64,000 bases of DNA from Verrucomicrobiota bacterium (GTDB lineage: Bacteria > Verrucomicrobiota > Verrucomicrobiia > Limisphaerales > UBA11358), in assembly GCA_049521735.1 (NCBI GenBank), contig JBEKON010000002.1, positions 5,149 to 69,148 on the forward strand, written 5' to 3'. Position 1 is the first letter of the stretch, and each line of letters starts with the position of its first letter. The notes under the pieces were generated by a model. It saw only the letters and a program-made list of their open reading frames with translations, searched no databases and was not told the DNA's origin. Shown one piece after another: positions 52,790 through 62,234 of this stretch. The position numbers and the translations under genes are program-made.

Positions 52790-52903
52790 TTTTTGTCGCG
52801 CGAAGAGCGCAAAGTGTCGCGAAGGAAATTTTTTTGAAATGGCTGGTAATCCGCAAAATCACCGGCCAAAGAACCTTCGTGGCCTGCGCGCGAAATTTCC
52901 ATT

Positions 52904-54280
52904 CTAATTCGCCAGATACTCGCGCGGGTCAACGATTTTTCCGGCAATCGCGCTCGCGGCCACCGTCATCGGCGAGGCAAGAAATACCTGTGATTCCTTG
53001 TTGCCCATGCGGCCGGGGAAATTCCGGTTCGTCGCGCTGATGCACTTGATACCGGCCTTGTTGATGCGGCCAAACGTGTCCACCGGCCCGCCAAGGCACG
53101 CGGCGCACCCGGCGTTTTCCGTCATCTGCACGCCCGCGCTCACCAGCACGTCCCAAATCGTCTGGTTGCCCCAGTACGTTGTCTGCAAATCGCGCACGAT
53201 TTCCGGCGTCGCGGGCACGCCGAAGGTGTCGATGGCGACCTTCTTGCCGCGCAATACGCGGGCGAATTCCACAAAGTCGCTCGTCTTGCCGCCGGTGCAG
53301 GAGCCCACATAGGCGCGGTCAAGCTTGATGTGGCCGAGTTCCTTCGCCTTCTTGCGCTGGCCGGGATCAGGATGACACGCCACCGTCGGTTCGAGCTGGT
53401 CGAGGTTCACGACCAGTTCATAGACGAACTTCTGTTTCTTGTCCGGCGCGACCGGTTCGTAAGTGGATTTCGTGCCGTTCAATTTCACGCGCGCGTCCAC
53501 GTATTCCGCCGTGCGCGAATCGAATTCAAAAATGGCGTTCTTGCCACCCGCTTCGATGGCCATGTTCGCAATCGTCATGCGGTCGTCCATCGAAAGCGAT
53601 GCCGCTCCGGGGCCGTCGAATTGCAAAGCGCGATACGTCGCGCCGTCGAAGCCGATTTCGCCAATGCAATGAAGAATCACGTCCTTGGCCATCACGCCGG
53701 GCTGCAATTTGCCTTCGAGCCGGAAGTGCATCGTCTCCGGCACCTTGATGAGCAACTTGCCCGTACCCATGACGAAGCCGGCGTCCGTGTTGCCGATGCC
53801 GGTGGCGAACAGGTTGAATGCGCCGGCCATGCATGTGTGCGAGTCGGTGCCAAACAACACTTCGCCCGGACGTGTATGCCCCTTGGCCGGCAATGCCGTG
53901 TGGCAGACGCCGGCGTAATGCGAACCGTATTGCCGGTTCAACATTCCTTTTTTCGGGTCGAAAACCCAGTGGCCGTTCGGGTCGTCAATCACGTCGTAGA
54001 AATACGTGATGCCCTGTTCGCGAACGAAATCTCGGAGGATGTCCACGTTGCGGTTCGAAAGCGAGTCGGCGGTAAAAATGTAGTGGTCGGGGATGATGAC
54101 GATTTTGTTTTTGTCCCAGACTTTGGCGTCCTTGCCGAACTCGCGTTTGAACACGCCGATGGTGCCCGGCCCGCAAACGTCGTGCGTCATGAGCACGTCG
54201 GCGTTCACCCAGAGGTTGTCGCCGGCCTGCACGCGCGCCTTGCCGGCGGCGCGGGCGAGCAATTTTTCAGTCAAGGTCAT
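52904..54280 (-). CDS. aconitase-family dehydratase large subunit (3-isopropylmalate dehydratase / homoaconitase LeuC-type)
   Basis: The start was moved to the ATG at 54280 (MTLTEKLLARAAG...); the track gives 54475. Blocks include MTHDVCGP, GTDSHTCMAGAF, and the Fe-S ligand region VGSCTGG...CAACLG. No small-subunit gene is adjacent. Confidence 0.8.
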   Translation of the reverse strand: MTLTEKLLARAAGKARVQAGDNLWVNADVLMTHDVCGPGTIGVFKREFGKDAKVWDKNKIVIIPDHYIFTADSLSNRNVDILRDFVREQGITYFYDVIDDPNGHWVFDPKKGMLNRQYGSHYAGVCHTALPAKGHTRPGEVLFGTDSHTCMAGAFNLFATGIGNTDAGFVMGTGKLLIKVPETMHFRLEGKLQPGVMAKDVILHCIGEIGFDGATYRALQFDGPGAASLSMDDRMTIANMAIEAGGKNAIFEFDSRTAEYVDARVKLNGTKSTYEPVAPDKKQKFVYELVVNLDQLEPTVACHPDPGQRKKAKELGHIKLDRAYVGSCTGGKTSDFVEFARVLRGKKVAIDTFGVPATPEIVRDLQTTYWGNQTIWDVLVSAGVQMTENAGCAACLGGPVDTFGRINKAGIKCISATNRNFPGRMGNKESQVFLASPMTVAASAIAGKIVDPREYLAN

Positions 54281-54437
54281 AATCGGTGGAAAATAGCCGA
54301 TGCGGCGGCCAACTTCAACAGCGTTCGTGTGACTGCGTGCCATTTTTTCATCTCTTGGCTTTACGCCATCCGTTTTTTTCTTAAAGTGCACCTGTGACTG
54401 AAACTGGCCGCCATGCTTGACCATCCCGACGTTCCGA

Positions 54438-56402
54438 ATGAACCGCATCCGCCTTCTTCCCGAACAAGTCGCCAATCAAATCGCCGCCGGCGAAGTGATT
54501 GAACGCCCCGCCAGCGTCGTCAAGGAACTCGTCGAAAACGCCCTCGACGCGGACGCAAAAAGAATTTCAGTCGAGATTCAGGCGGGCGGACGCAGCCTTG
54601 TCCGGGTGACCGACGACGGCACCGGCATGAGCCGCGACGATGCCCTGCTCTGCCTCGAGCGCCACGCCACCAGCAAAATTCAAAAGGCCGAGGACCTTGC
54701 GGCGATTGTCACAATGGGCTTTCGCGGCGAAGCGCTGCCCAGCATCGCCAGCGTCAGCCGTTTCACGCTCACCACCCGCGAACGCGGCACCGGTTCGCCC
54801 GAAGGTACGCAGGTCGTGGTCAATGGCGGAAAAATTTCCGAAGTCAAGGCCGCCGGAACCGCCACCGGCACAAGCGTCGAAGTGCGACAACTGTTTTTCA
54901 ACCTGCCTGCGCGCCGGAAATTTCTCCGCTCGGAAGAAACCGAAGCCGCGCACATCCAGCATTATCTCACGCTCGCTGCGCTCGCGTTTCCCGAAGTCGC
55001 GTTCACGTTCCAGAAAGATGGGCGGCTTATCTGGCAATTGCCCGCCGTCAACCCCGATACTCGTGTCGGGGGCAAAGGTGAACGCGCCACTTCGAGCCGC
55101 CTTGATGCGTTGCGCGAACGTTTCCGCGCCTTGCTCGGCGACGAAAAACTTTTACCCGTGAACTTTTCAGCACCGCTCGATGATTCTCTCAAGCCGGAAG
55201 AAACCGACATTTTTGAAACCGCCGGCGCTTCGCCTTCAACCCTCAACCCTCAACCTTCAACCTTCCATGTCTGGGGTTTGATCGGTTCGCCCGGTATTTC
55301 GCGCGCGACACGCGAGAGCCAGCATCTGTTCGTCAACCGCCGCCCGGTTGAAAATCGAGGGCTCAACTACGCGCTGCTCGAAGGGTATCACACGTCGTTG
55401 ATGAAAGGCCGTTACCCGGTTTGCTGCCTGTTTCTGGAGATTGATCCTGCTGCGGTGGACGTAAACGTTCATCCGGCCAAACGCGAGGTGAAATTTCACC
55501 GCGAATTTGAAATCCGGAAATTCGTCGCGCAGGCGGTCCAGGAAACGTTGCTGGCCTTTCATGCCGAACCGGAAAAACCAAAACAGGATTTAACCACAAA
55601 GACACAAAACGCACAAAGTGAAGCGAAGGCAGAAATCAAACTTGCGCCGGAACTTTTCACCCCGTCACTGCCGGCGTTTCCACAAAAAGTAAAACCCGCT
55701 CCGACAGCTGAATTTCCAAAACAAGTCCTTTCAACTGCGGTTCAATCCGAAATTTCCCAATCTGCGCCAGCGGCGAAATCTGCGGACAGTTTCCCGTCTT
55801 CTTCCGTTCCGCTGTTGAATGTCTCCATGCGGCTCGTCGGCGTCATCGGCAGACTTTACGTCGTGCTCGAATCCGACCGTGGACTCGTGTTGCTTGACCA
55901 GCACGCCGCGCACGAGCGGATTTTGTATGAGCAAATGCTGAACCGGCTTGAACAAAACGGCTCCGCGCCATCGCAAAAATTGCTGTTGCCGGAAACCATC
56001 GAATTGCCCGCACGCGACGCGAATTTTTTGCGCGAACAACTTGCCGCGCTCACGCGCCTTGGCGTCGGCTTGAGCGAGTTCGGCGAGCGCACATTTCTGC
56101 TCGACGCGCTGCCGCCATTTGTGAAAGCCACCGACTCGCGCCGCTTCGTGCTGGATCTCGTGGACGAATTGAAGGCGGCTGGACGCGAGGTGAATCTGGC
56201 GCGGCTCGGCGAACACACGATTGCCAAGACCGTCTGCCGTCACGCGGTAAAGGCCAACGACCCACTGGCCGGCGCGGAACTGGAAAATCTTGTCGAAGAC
56301 CTGCGCCGTTGTGCGATGCCTTACACCTGTCCGCACGGCCGCCCGACGCTGATTGAGATAAATTACCGCGAACTGGAGAAAAAATTTGGCCGGACGCAGT
56401 AA
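54438..56402 (+). CDS. mutL: DNA mismatch repair protein MutL
   Basis: The start was moved to the ATG at 54438 (MNRIRLLPEQVANQIAAGEVIERPASVVKELVENALDA). GHKL blocks include DDGTGM and GFRGEAL. The C-terminal dimerisation domain includes LLDQHAAHERILYE and CPHGRPT. Confidence 0.92.
   Translation: MNRIRLLPEQVANQIAAGEVIERPASVVKELVENALDADAKRISVEIQAGGRSLVRVTDDGTGMSRDDALLCLERHATSKIQKAEDLAAIVTMGFRGEALPSIASVSRFTLTTRERGTGSPEGTQVVVNGGKISEVKAAGTATGTSVEVRQLFFNLPARRKFLRSEETEAAHIQHYLTLAALAFPEVAFTFQKDGRLIWQLPAVNPDTRVGGKGERATSSRLDALRERFRALLGDEKLLPVNFSAPLDDSLKPEETDIFETAGASPSTLNPQPSTFHVWGLIGSPGISRATRESQHLFVNRRPVENRGLNYALLEGYHTSLMKGRYPVCCLFLEIDPAAVDVNVHPAKREVKFHREFEIRKFVAQAVQETLLAFHAEPEKPKQDLTTKTQNAQSEAKAEIKLAPELFTPSLPAFPQKVKPAPTAEFPKQVLSTAVQSEISQSAPAAKSADSFPSSSVPLLNVSMRLVGVIGRLYVVLESDRGLVLLDQHAAHERILYEQMLNRLEQNGSAPSQKLLLPETIELPARDANFLREQLAALTRLGVGLSEFGERTFLLDALPPFVKATDSRRFVLDLVDELKAAGREVNLARLGEHTIAKTVCRHAVKANDPLAGAELENLVEDLRRCAMPYTCPHGRPTLIEINYRELEKKFGRTQ
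55233..55267. repeat. five 7-nt units (CCYTCAA-type) inside the mutL coding sequence
   Basis: ccttcaa ccctcaa ccctcaa ccttcaa ccttcca, translated as PSTLNPQPSTFH. Confidence 0.9.
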
Positions 56403-56538
56403 AGCAAAACCAATACGCGAATTGCGCGAATTAATGCTAATTTTTCAAAACGGATTTTTCATTGACGAGAATTCGTGAAATTCGCGTCAAAATGGAAATT
56501 TCTTCGTGTTCAGCCGCGCGGTTCGTGGTTAAATAACG

Positions 56539-57147
56539 GTGTCCATGGACGATTGGAACATTCAATCCCGCGCCCCGGTCTGCCAGACGTGCAGCCAGCC
56601 GTTTGCCGACAAACAGGTCTATCACACGCTGCTGTTCGACGCGCCGCCGGAGTTGCGGCGTTCGGACATTTGCGAGCCGTGCTGGCAAAAACAAAATGTC
56701 GGCGACACGCGCAATCGCACCGGCTTCATTTCGCACTGGCAGGGCATTTACGAAGCGCCGTTGGTGTCCGATCCCATTCAAAAGGAAACCGCCGAAACGC
56801 TGTTGCGAAAGCTCATCGAGCAAAACGATCCGCGTTATGCGCCAGCCGGTTATATCCTTGCCGTCATGCTCGAACGCAAGCGCGTGCTCAAGGTGAAGGA
56901 GCAGGTCGTCCGCGACGGCAAACGCGTGTTCATTTACGAGCAGCCCAAAACCGGTGACGTGTTTACCATCGCCGACCCGGATTTGCGCCTGGATCAACTC
57001 GAAGCAGTTCAGCGCGACGTGGCCGCGCTGCTCGAACACGGTTTGAATCCCGCCTCTGTCCCGTCATGCGGGACTTCGGCGCGACAAGCCCCCGCCGCCG
57101 AAAACGAAACTGCATCACAGCCCGCTGAACAACCGGCTGGAAATTAG
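56539..57147 (+). CDS. hypothetical protein with N-terminal CxxC...CxxC motif
   Basis: 202-aa ORF between mutL and rnc. It contains CQTCSQPF...CEPCW followed by a globular-looking ~110-aa region and a low-complexity tail. I recognise no family. Confidence 0.45.
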   Translation: MSMDDWNIQSRAPVCQTCSQPFADKQVYHTLLFDAPPELRRSDICEPCWQKQNVGDTRNRTGFISHWQGIYEAPLVSDPIQKETAETLLRKLIEQNDPRYAPAGYILAVMLERKRVLKVKEQVVRDGKRVFIYEQPKTGDVFTIADPDLRLDQLEAVQRDVAALLEHGLNPASVPSCGTSARQAPAAENETASQPAEQPAGN

Positions 57148-57152
57148 ATTCC

Positions 57153-57857
57153 ATGCCTGAACTTTCTGAATTTCAAATTCGTCTCGGTTATAAATTCCGC
57201 GACGAAAGCCTGCTGCGCCTTGCACTCACGCATCCGTCCGTCGCGCATGAAGGCGGTGGGTCACAACCGCACAATCAGCGGCTGGAATTTCTTGGCGACG
57301 CCGTGCTGCAACTCATTCTCACGCATGAGTTGTATGAAAAATTCCCCGCGTTCGATGAAGGGCCGTTGACGAAGGCGCGCGCCAAGCTTGTCAATCGCCG
57401 CGCGCTGGCCGAGCACGCCCGCGCGCTTGACCTCGGGGCGCATTTGATTTTAAGCCGGGGCGAGGAGATGAGCGGCGGACGCGAACGTCCGTCGGCGCTG
57501 GCGGACGCCTTCGAAGCGCTGCTGGGCGCGATTTTTCTGGATGGCGGCTTTGAGGCGGTGTCGAAATTCATTTTGAGCGAATTTGGCGCGGCGTTTGGCG
57601 AACTGGGCGAATTGCCGGGCATCGAAAATCCCAAGGGCGAGTTGCAGGAATTGCTGCAGGCGCGCTCGCCCAAAGCGCCGGAATATCATATTGTCTCGGC
57701 GGTTGGGCCGGATCATGACCGCGTGTTTGAATGCACGGTGGAGCACGAAGGTGTCGAACTCGCGCGCGGCAGCGGCAAAAGCAAAAAAGCCGCCGAAAGC
57801 AACGCGGCCATGGCGGCATTGAAAAAATTACGGGAGGAATCAGGAAGCAACAGTTGA
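57153..57857 (+). CDS. rnc: ribonuclease III
   Basis: 234-aa ORF with the RNase III signature (NQRLEFLGDAVL) and a C-terminal dsRBD (GPDHDRVFECTV...GSGKSKKAAESNAA). Confidence 0.92.
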   Translation: MPELSEFQIRLGYKFRDESLLRLALTHPSVAHEGGGSQPHNQRLEFLGDAVLQLILTHELYEKFPAFDEGPLTKARAKLVNRRALAEHARALDLGAHLILSRGEEMSGGRERPSALADAFEALLGAIFLDGGFEAVSKFILSEFGAAFGELGELPGIENPKGELQELLQARSPKAPEYHIVSAVGPDHDRVFECTVEHEGVELARGSGKSKKAAESNAAMAALKKLREESGSNS

Positions 57858-57882
57858 ACCTGCTCCGCAGGAACGCCGGGAA

Positions 57883-58371
57883 TTAATTTCCCGTGTCGCT
57901 TCGCGATTGTCCCACAACTCCCGGCCGGTTCTTGAGCAGGTCGCGGATTTCAGCCAGGAGTTGTTCCGTCGGCGTGGGCGGGGCCACGGCCTCCTGGTGG
58001 CGGACCAGCTTGTTCATGCCTTTCACCAGCAGAAAAATGCAGAACGCCACGATGATGAAATTCAGCGTGATGCTCACAAAATCACCCCACGCAAACACCG
58101 GCCCGAGCTTTTGGGCCTCGGCCAGCGGCAAATGAAGGCCGGGGTTCGCCGCGGTGAAAGCCGCCTGTGCCTGCGTGATTTTTTCCGAGAGCGGAAGGTA
58201 AAGGTTGCTGAAATCGAGGTTGCCAATCAGCTTGCCGATGGGCGGCATGATGACGTCCTTTACCAGCGAATTGACAATGTTGCCAAACGCAGCGCCGATG
58301 ATGACGCCGATGGCGAGGTCCACGACGTTGCCACGCATGGCGAAGGCTTTGAATTCCTGAATTATTTTCAT
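57883..58371 (-). CDS. mscL: large-conductance mechanosensitive channel
   Basis: The start was moved to the ATG at 58371 ([41 protein letters not shown]), which is the canonical MscL N-terminus. Confidence 0.9.
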   Translation of the reverse strand: MKIIQEFKAFAMRGNVVDLAIGVIIGAAFGNIVNSLVKDVIMPPIGKLIGNLDFSNLYLPLSEKITQAQAAFTAANPGLHLPLAEAQKLGPVFAWGDFVSITLNFIIVAFCIFLLVKGMNKLVRHQEAVAPPTPTEQLLAEIRDLLKNRPGVVGQSRSDTGN

Positions 58372-58431
58372 GGCTGGTTTCCTTTCACGATTCATTTTTA
58401 TTTTCGTTGTCCAATAAAATCATCCATATGT

Positions 58432-59613
58432 TCAATACTTGGGCACGCTGGAATCAATTTCGTCCGACCAGGCGGTGATGCCGCCTTTGACGCTCTTCAA
58501 ATATTTGAAACCCTGCTTGCGCAAAAATTTCAACGCCTTCATCGAACGCGCACCGCTCTTGCAGTGGATGTAATATCGCCCGTTCGGGTCGAGTTCGGTG
58601 AAGCGTTTCGGCAATTCGCTCAACGGCAGCAACGGCACACCTTTGACACGGGCGATTTCGTATTCATCCGGTTCGCGCACATCCACGATTTTGATGCCAA
58701 GCTTCGGATTATCGAGTGCCTTCTTCATGTCCTGCACCGTCACTTCATCGGGGTCTGCCGCCAACTCCGGCGCAATGCCACAGAACTGTTCGTAATCAAT
58801 CAATTCCTTGATGGTCGGATGCTCGCCGCAAATGGGGCATTGCGGATCGCGGCGCAATTTCAACTCACGGAACTTCATGTCGAGCGCGTTGAACAGGAGC
58901 AAACGGCCGACGAGTGAATTGCCGATGCCGGTGGCGAGCTTCAAGATTTCCGTTGCCTGGATGCAGCCGATGATGCCCGGCAGCACGCCGAGCACACCGC
59001 CCTCGGCACAACTCGGCACCATGCCGGGCGGCGGCGGTTCGGGATAAAGACAACGATAGCACGGCCCGCCGAGATGCGGAGCGAACACACTGGCTTGTCC
59101 CTCGAAACGGAAAATTGAACCATAGACGTTTGGCTTTTTGAGCAGCACACAGGCGTCGTTGGTGAGATAGCGCGTCGGAAAATTGTCCGTGCCATCCACA
59201 ACGATGTCGTAAGGCCGGATGAGGTCGAGCGCGTTTTTCGAGGTGATGCGGGTGTTGTGCAGAACCACTTCGACGTTCGGATTGATGCCGCGAAGTGTTT
59301 CCCTGGCGGATTGCGTCTTGGGACGCCCGACATCAGCTTCGGTGTGCAAAAGCTGTCGCTGAAGATTCGAGTAATCCACGGTGTCGAAATCCACGATGCC
59401 GATTTTGCCGATGCCGGCGGCGGCGAGATACATGGCGATGGGCGAGCCAAGGCCGCCCGCGCCGATGCAAAGGACGCTGGTGGAGCGAATTTTCTTTTGC
59501 CCGGCCAGCCCGACTTCGGGCAGAATCAAGTGCCGCGAGTAACGGCGGATTTCGTCATTGTTCAATTCCACAAATTGAGTGAGGCAAAGTATTGCAAAGG
59601 GCGAATAAATCAA
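58432..59613 (-). CDS. ThiF/MoeB-family adenylyltransferase with C-terminal rhodanese domain
   Basis: RYSRHLILPEVGLAGQKKI, the nucleotide loop (VLCIGAGGLGS), two CxxC pairs (CYRC, CPIC), and a C-terminal rhodanese block with the active-site loop HCKSGARS. A GTG at 59571 is an alternative, shorter start. Confidence 0.85.
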   Translation of the reverse strand: MIYSPFAILCLTQFVELNNDEIRRYSRHLILPEVGLAGQKKIRSTSVLCIGAGGLGSPIAMYLAAAGIGKIGIVDFDTVDYSNLQRQLLHTEADVGRPKTQSARETLRGINPNVEVVLHNTRITSKNALDLIRPYDIVVDGTDNFPTRYLTNDACVLLKKPNVYGSIFRFEGQASVFAPHLGGPCYRCLYPEPPPPGMVPSCAEGGVLGVLPGIIGCIQATEILKLATGIGNSLVGRLLLFNALDMKFRELKLRRDPQCPICGEHPTIKELIDYEQFCGIAPELAADPDEVTVQDMKKALDNPKLGIKIVDVREPDEYEIARVKGVPLLPLSELPKRFTELDPNGRYYIHCKSGARSMKALKFLRKQGFKYLKSVKGGITAWSDEIDSSVPKY

Positions 59614-59794
59614 GCCAACCCTCGCCGCAATCAGGTCACCGGGCGCGGCGAAAAAATAGTCACGCGGGAAAGTCCCAAAAATCGCCCATCGGGTGAAGAT
59701 TTTGGCAGCAGAATTGCTTAAAAACCTCGCCTAGGCGTGCGAAGTACCTTGAAAATTTTTTATCAGAGATGTAAGCTAAAGTTTTAGCAGCGTA

Positions 59795-61318
59795 ATGAAG
59801 GACGAAATTGTATTTGGTTTGGAGAGTTCGGCGTGGCCGGCGTTGCTGGTGGACGGGAAGGGTCTTGTGTTGCGGGCGAACACCGCGGCACTGAACGTGT
59901 TTGGCAAAGCATTGTCGGGGAACGCCGCGCTGTTGTCCACGATTTGGCCGCCGGAAAACGGCATGACAGTGGTGGATTTTTTCTCGCGCTGGGAGCAGTC
60001 GCCGACGCCGGTGACGAATTTGAAGTTTCGCACGCCGAACGATCCGAAGGCTTCCTGCACTGTTTCCATTTGCACATTCGCGAAAGACGGGAAGAAATGG
60101 TTTGTTCTTCAATTGCTGCCCGTTGTGACGCCGCCGCCAGTGGAGCCGTCTGCTGAAAAAGTCGCATCCGATTCAGGGTTGGCACTCAAGCAAAAGCTTG
60201 ATTGCGCCCTGCAACTGGCACGCACGATGTCCCTGGATTTCAACAATGCGCTGACCAGCATTCTCGGCCACACGTCATTTGTGTTAAGCAAGGCCGAACC
60301 GGGACATCCGTGGCGACAATCGCTGATGGAAGTGGAAAAATCGGCTTCCCGGGCGGCGGAAATTGCGAATGAACTCGCCATGTTCAGCCAGCAGGAAAAA
60401 CAAACGCGCCGCGCGCCGCCGGGCAACTTAAACGCAGTCACGCAACGCTGTGTCGAATTCTTCCGTAACGCCAACGCCGGGCAAATCACGTGGAACACAC
60501 AGTTGGAGCACGAATTGTTCGTCGCACGTTTCGACGAGGCGCAAGTGCAGCAAGCCTTGACCAAAATTTTGGAAAACGCAGTGGAAGCCATCGATGGCAC
60601 GGGACAAATCTCCGTGCAAACGCGCAATATGGAACTGACCGAGGCAACGCGGGACCGCAACTTCCACCTTAGTCCAGGCGCGTATGTGTCCATTGAAATC
60701 GTGGACACTGGAAAAGGCATTGACGACGACGTGTTGCCGCGGATTTTCGAGCCGTTCTTCACGACGAAAAAGGGCGGCCACCGCGGACTGGGTCTGGCAT
60801 TGGTTTACGGCATTGTGACCAATCATGGCGGCGGCGTTGCGGTGTCCAGCCGGCCGGGCGCGGGCACATCGGTGCGCGTTTATCTGCCGGCGGAAAAACA
60901 GTTCGTCCTTGAAGGCGCGGAAACGGGTGAAAACTTGCGCGGCACGCAAACAATTCTGGTGGTGGATGACGAAGACATTTTGTTGACGATGGCCGAAACG
61001 ATTTTGACTGAATATGGCTACCACGTTTTAACGGCCAACAGCGGCCAGAAAGCACTGGTGATTTTGTCGGGCGGCAACACCAAAGTGGATTTGGTTATCA
61101 CGGATTTGGTGATGCCGACGATGGGTGGACGCGAATTGGTGGAACGCATCCGGCAGATCGCACCGGCGGTACGCATTTTGTGCTCGAGCGGTTGTGTGTT
61201 GCCGCCAGATCAGCAAATCGACTTGATGTTTTTGCAAAAGCCTTACACCAGTCACGATCTGCTCATCAGAGTGCGCCAGGCACTTACCACCGAGTCTCAC
61301 GAACGTTCCGTTGACTAA
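59795..61318 (+). CDS. hybrid sensor histidine kinase (PAS-like, HisKA, HATPase, REC)
   Basis: 507-aa ORF. The H-box is DFNNALTSILGHTSF. The G boxes are DTGKGID and GLGLALVYGIV. The C-terminal receiver is ILVVDDEDILL...DLVITDLVMPTMGG...KP. Confidence 0.85.
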   Translation: MKDEIVFGLESSAWPALLVDGKGLVLRANTAALNVFGKALSGNAALLSTIWPPENGMTVVDFFSRWEQSPTPVTNLKFRTPNDPKASCTVSICTFAKDGKKWFVLQLLPVVTPPPVEPSAEKVASDSGLALKQKLDCALQLARTMSLDFNNALTSILGHTSFVLSKAEPGHPWRQSLMEVEKSASRAAEIANELAMFSQQEKQTRRAPPGNLNAVTQRCVEFFRNANAGQITWNTQLEHELFVARFDEAQVQQALTKILENAVEAIDGTGQISVQTRNMELTEATRDRNFHLSPGAYVSIEIVDTGKGIDDDVLPRIFEPFFTTKKGGHRGLGLALVYGIVTNHGGGVAVSSRPGAGTSVRVYLPAEKQFVLEGAETGENLRGTQTILVVDDEDILLTMAETILTEYGYHVLTANSGQKALVILSGGNTKVDLVITDLVMPTMGGRELVERIRQIAPAVRILCSSGCVLPPDQQIDLMFLQKPYTSHDLLIRVRQALTTESHERSVD

Positions 61319-61350
61319 AGTCCAAGTTTTCTGATAAACAAAAGCCCTCC

Positions 61351-62232
61351 ATGCAAATCGAAAGTCTCAAAGTGTTCTGCGATTTGGCTGAAACGGAAAG
61401 TTTCACCAAAGCCGCACAAATCAACAACGTCACACAATCCGCAGTCAGCCAGCAGATCAGTTCGCTTGAACGCACGTTCAAGTCCCCGCTCATCGAGCGC
61501 AGCAAAAAAAAGTTCCGCCTCACGCGCGAAGGACAGGTGTTCTACGATTTCAGCAAGCAAATCATCCAGACCTACGAGTCGTTGCACAGCAAATTACAGG
61601 AATTGAAGGACATCATCTCCGGCATGATTCGTCTCGCGACGATCTACTGCATTGGATTGCACGACTTACCGCCGTACGTCAAAAAGTTCATGAAGATTTA
61701 CCCGGCGGTCAATATCCACGTCGAATACCGCCGTTCCAATCAGGTTTACGAAGACGTGCTCGGCAATGTTGTGGATTTGGGACTGGTTGCATATCCGTCC
61801 AAAGACGCAAGGCTGGAAATTGTTTCACTGCACAAGGACCCACTCGTGGTCATCTGCCATCCGCAGCATCCGTTCGCCAAACAAAAAACTGCGAAGCTCA
61901 AAACGCTCACCGGGCAGAAGTTCGTCTGCTTCGAACCGGACATCCCGACGCGCAAGGCGATTGATAAAATTTTCAGGGAATACGGCGTGCGCGTGAACAA
62001 TGTCATGGAGTTTGATAACATCGAAACGCTGAAACGGGCGGTGGAAATTGACATGGGCATTTCCATCGTGCCGCAGGGCACGGTCGTGCAGGAAGTGGAC
62101 AGACAAACACTCGCCGCCATTCCGATTGAAGACGGCAAGTTTTACCGTCCGCTGGCGGCGATTTACAAAAAGAACAAAGTGCTCCCACCCGCGGTAAAAC
62201 AGTTCCTGACAATTCTCAAAGAAGCAGCGTGA
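61351..62232 (+). CDS. LysR-family transcriptional regulator
   Basis: 293-aa ORF with an N-terminal wHTH (LKVFCDLAETESFTKAAQINNVTQSAVSQQISSLE) and a LysR substrate-binding-type C-terminal domain. Confidence 0.88.
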   Translation: MQIESLKVFCDLAETESFTKAAQINNVTQSAVSQQISSLERTFKSPLIERSKKKFRLTREGQVFYDFSKQIIQTYESLHSKLQELKDIISGMIRLATIYCIGLHDLPPYVKKFMKIYPAVNIHVEYRRSNQVYEDVLGNVVDLGLVAYPSKDARLEIVSLHKDPLVVICHPQHPFAKQKTAKLKTLTGQKFVCFEPDIPTRKAIDKIFREYGVRVNNVMEFDNIETLKRAVEIDMGISIVPQGTVVQEVDRQTLAAIPIEDGKFYRPLAAIYKKNKVLPPAVKQFLTILKEAA

Positions 62233-62234
62233 AA

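Noticed and set aside
54281-54437. Possible leucine leader peptide, attenuator or T-box upstream of the LeuC-like gene
   Set aside because: There is no Leu-rich mini-ORF, no terminator/antiterminator pair and no T-box specifier features. The region is more simply a divergent promoter region shared with mutL.
57858-57890. Near-palindrome cgggaattaatttcccg between rnc and mscL as a bidirectional terminator
   Set aside because: Only about 5 bp can pair, around a 5-nt loop, and the sequence includes the mscL stop codon. This is too weak to call.
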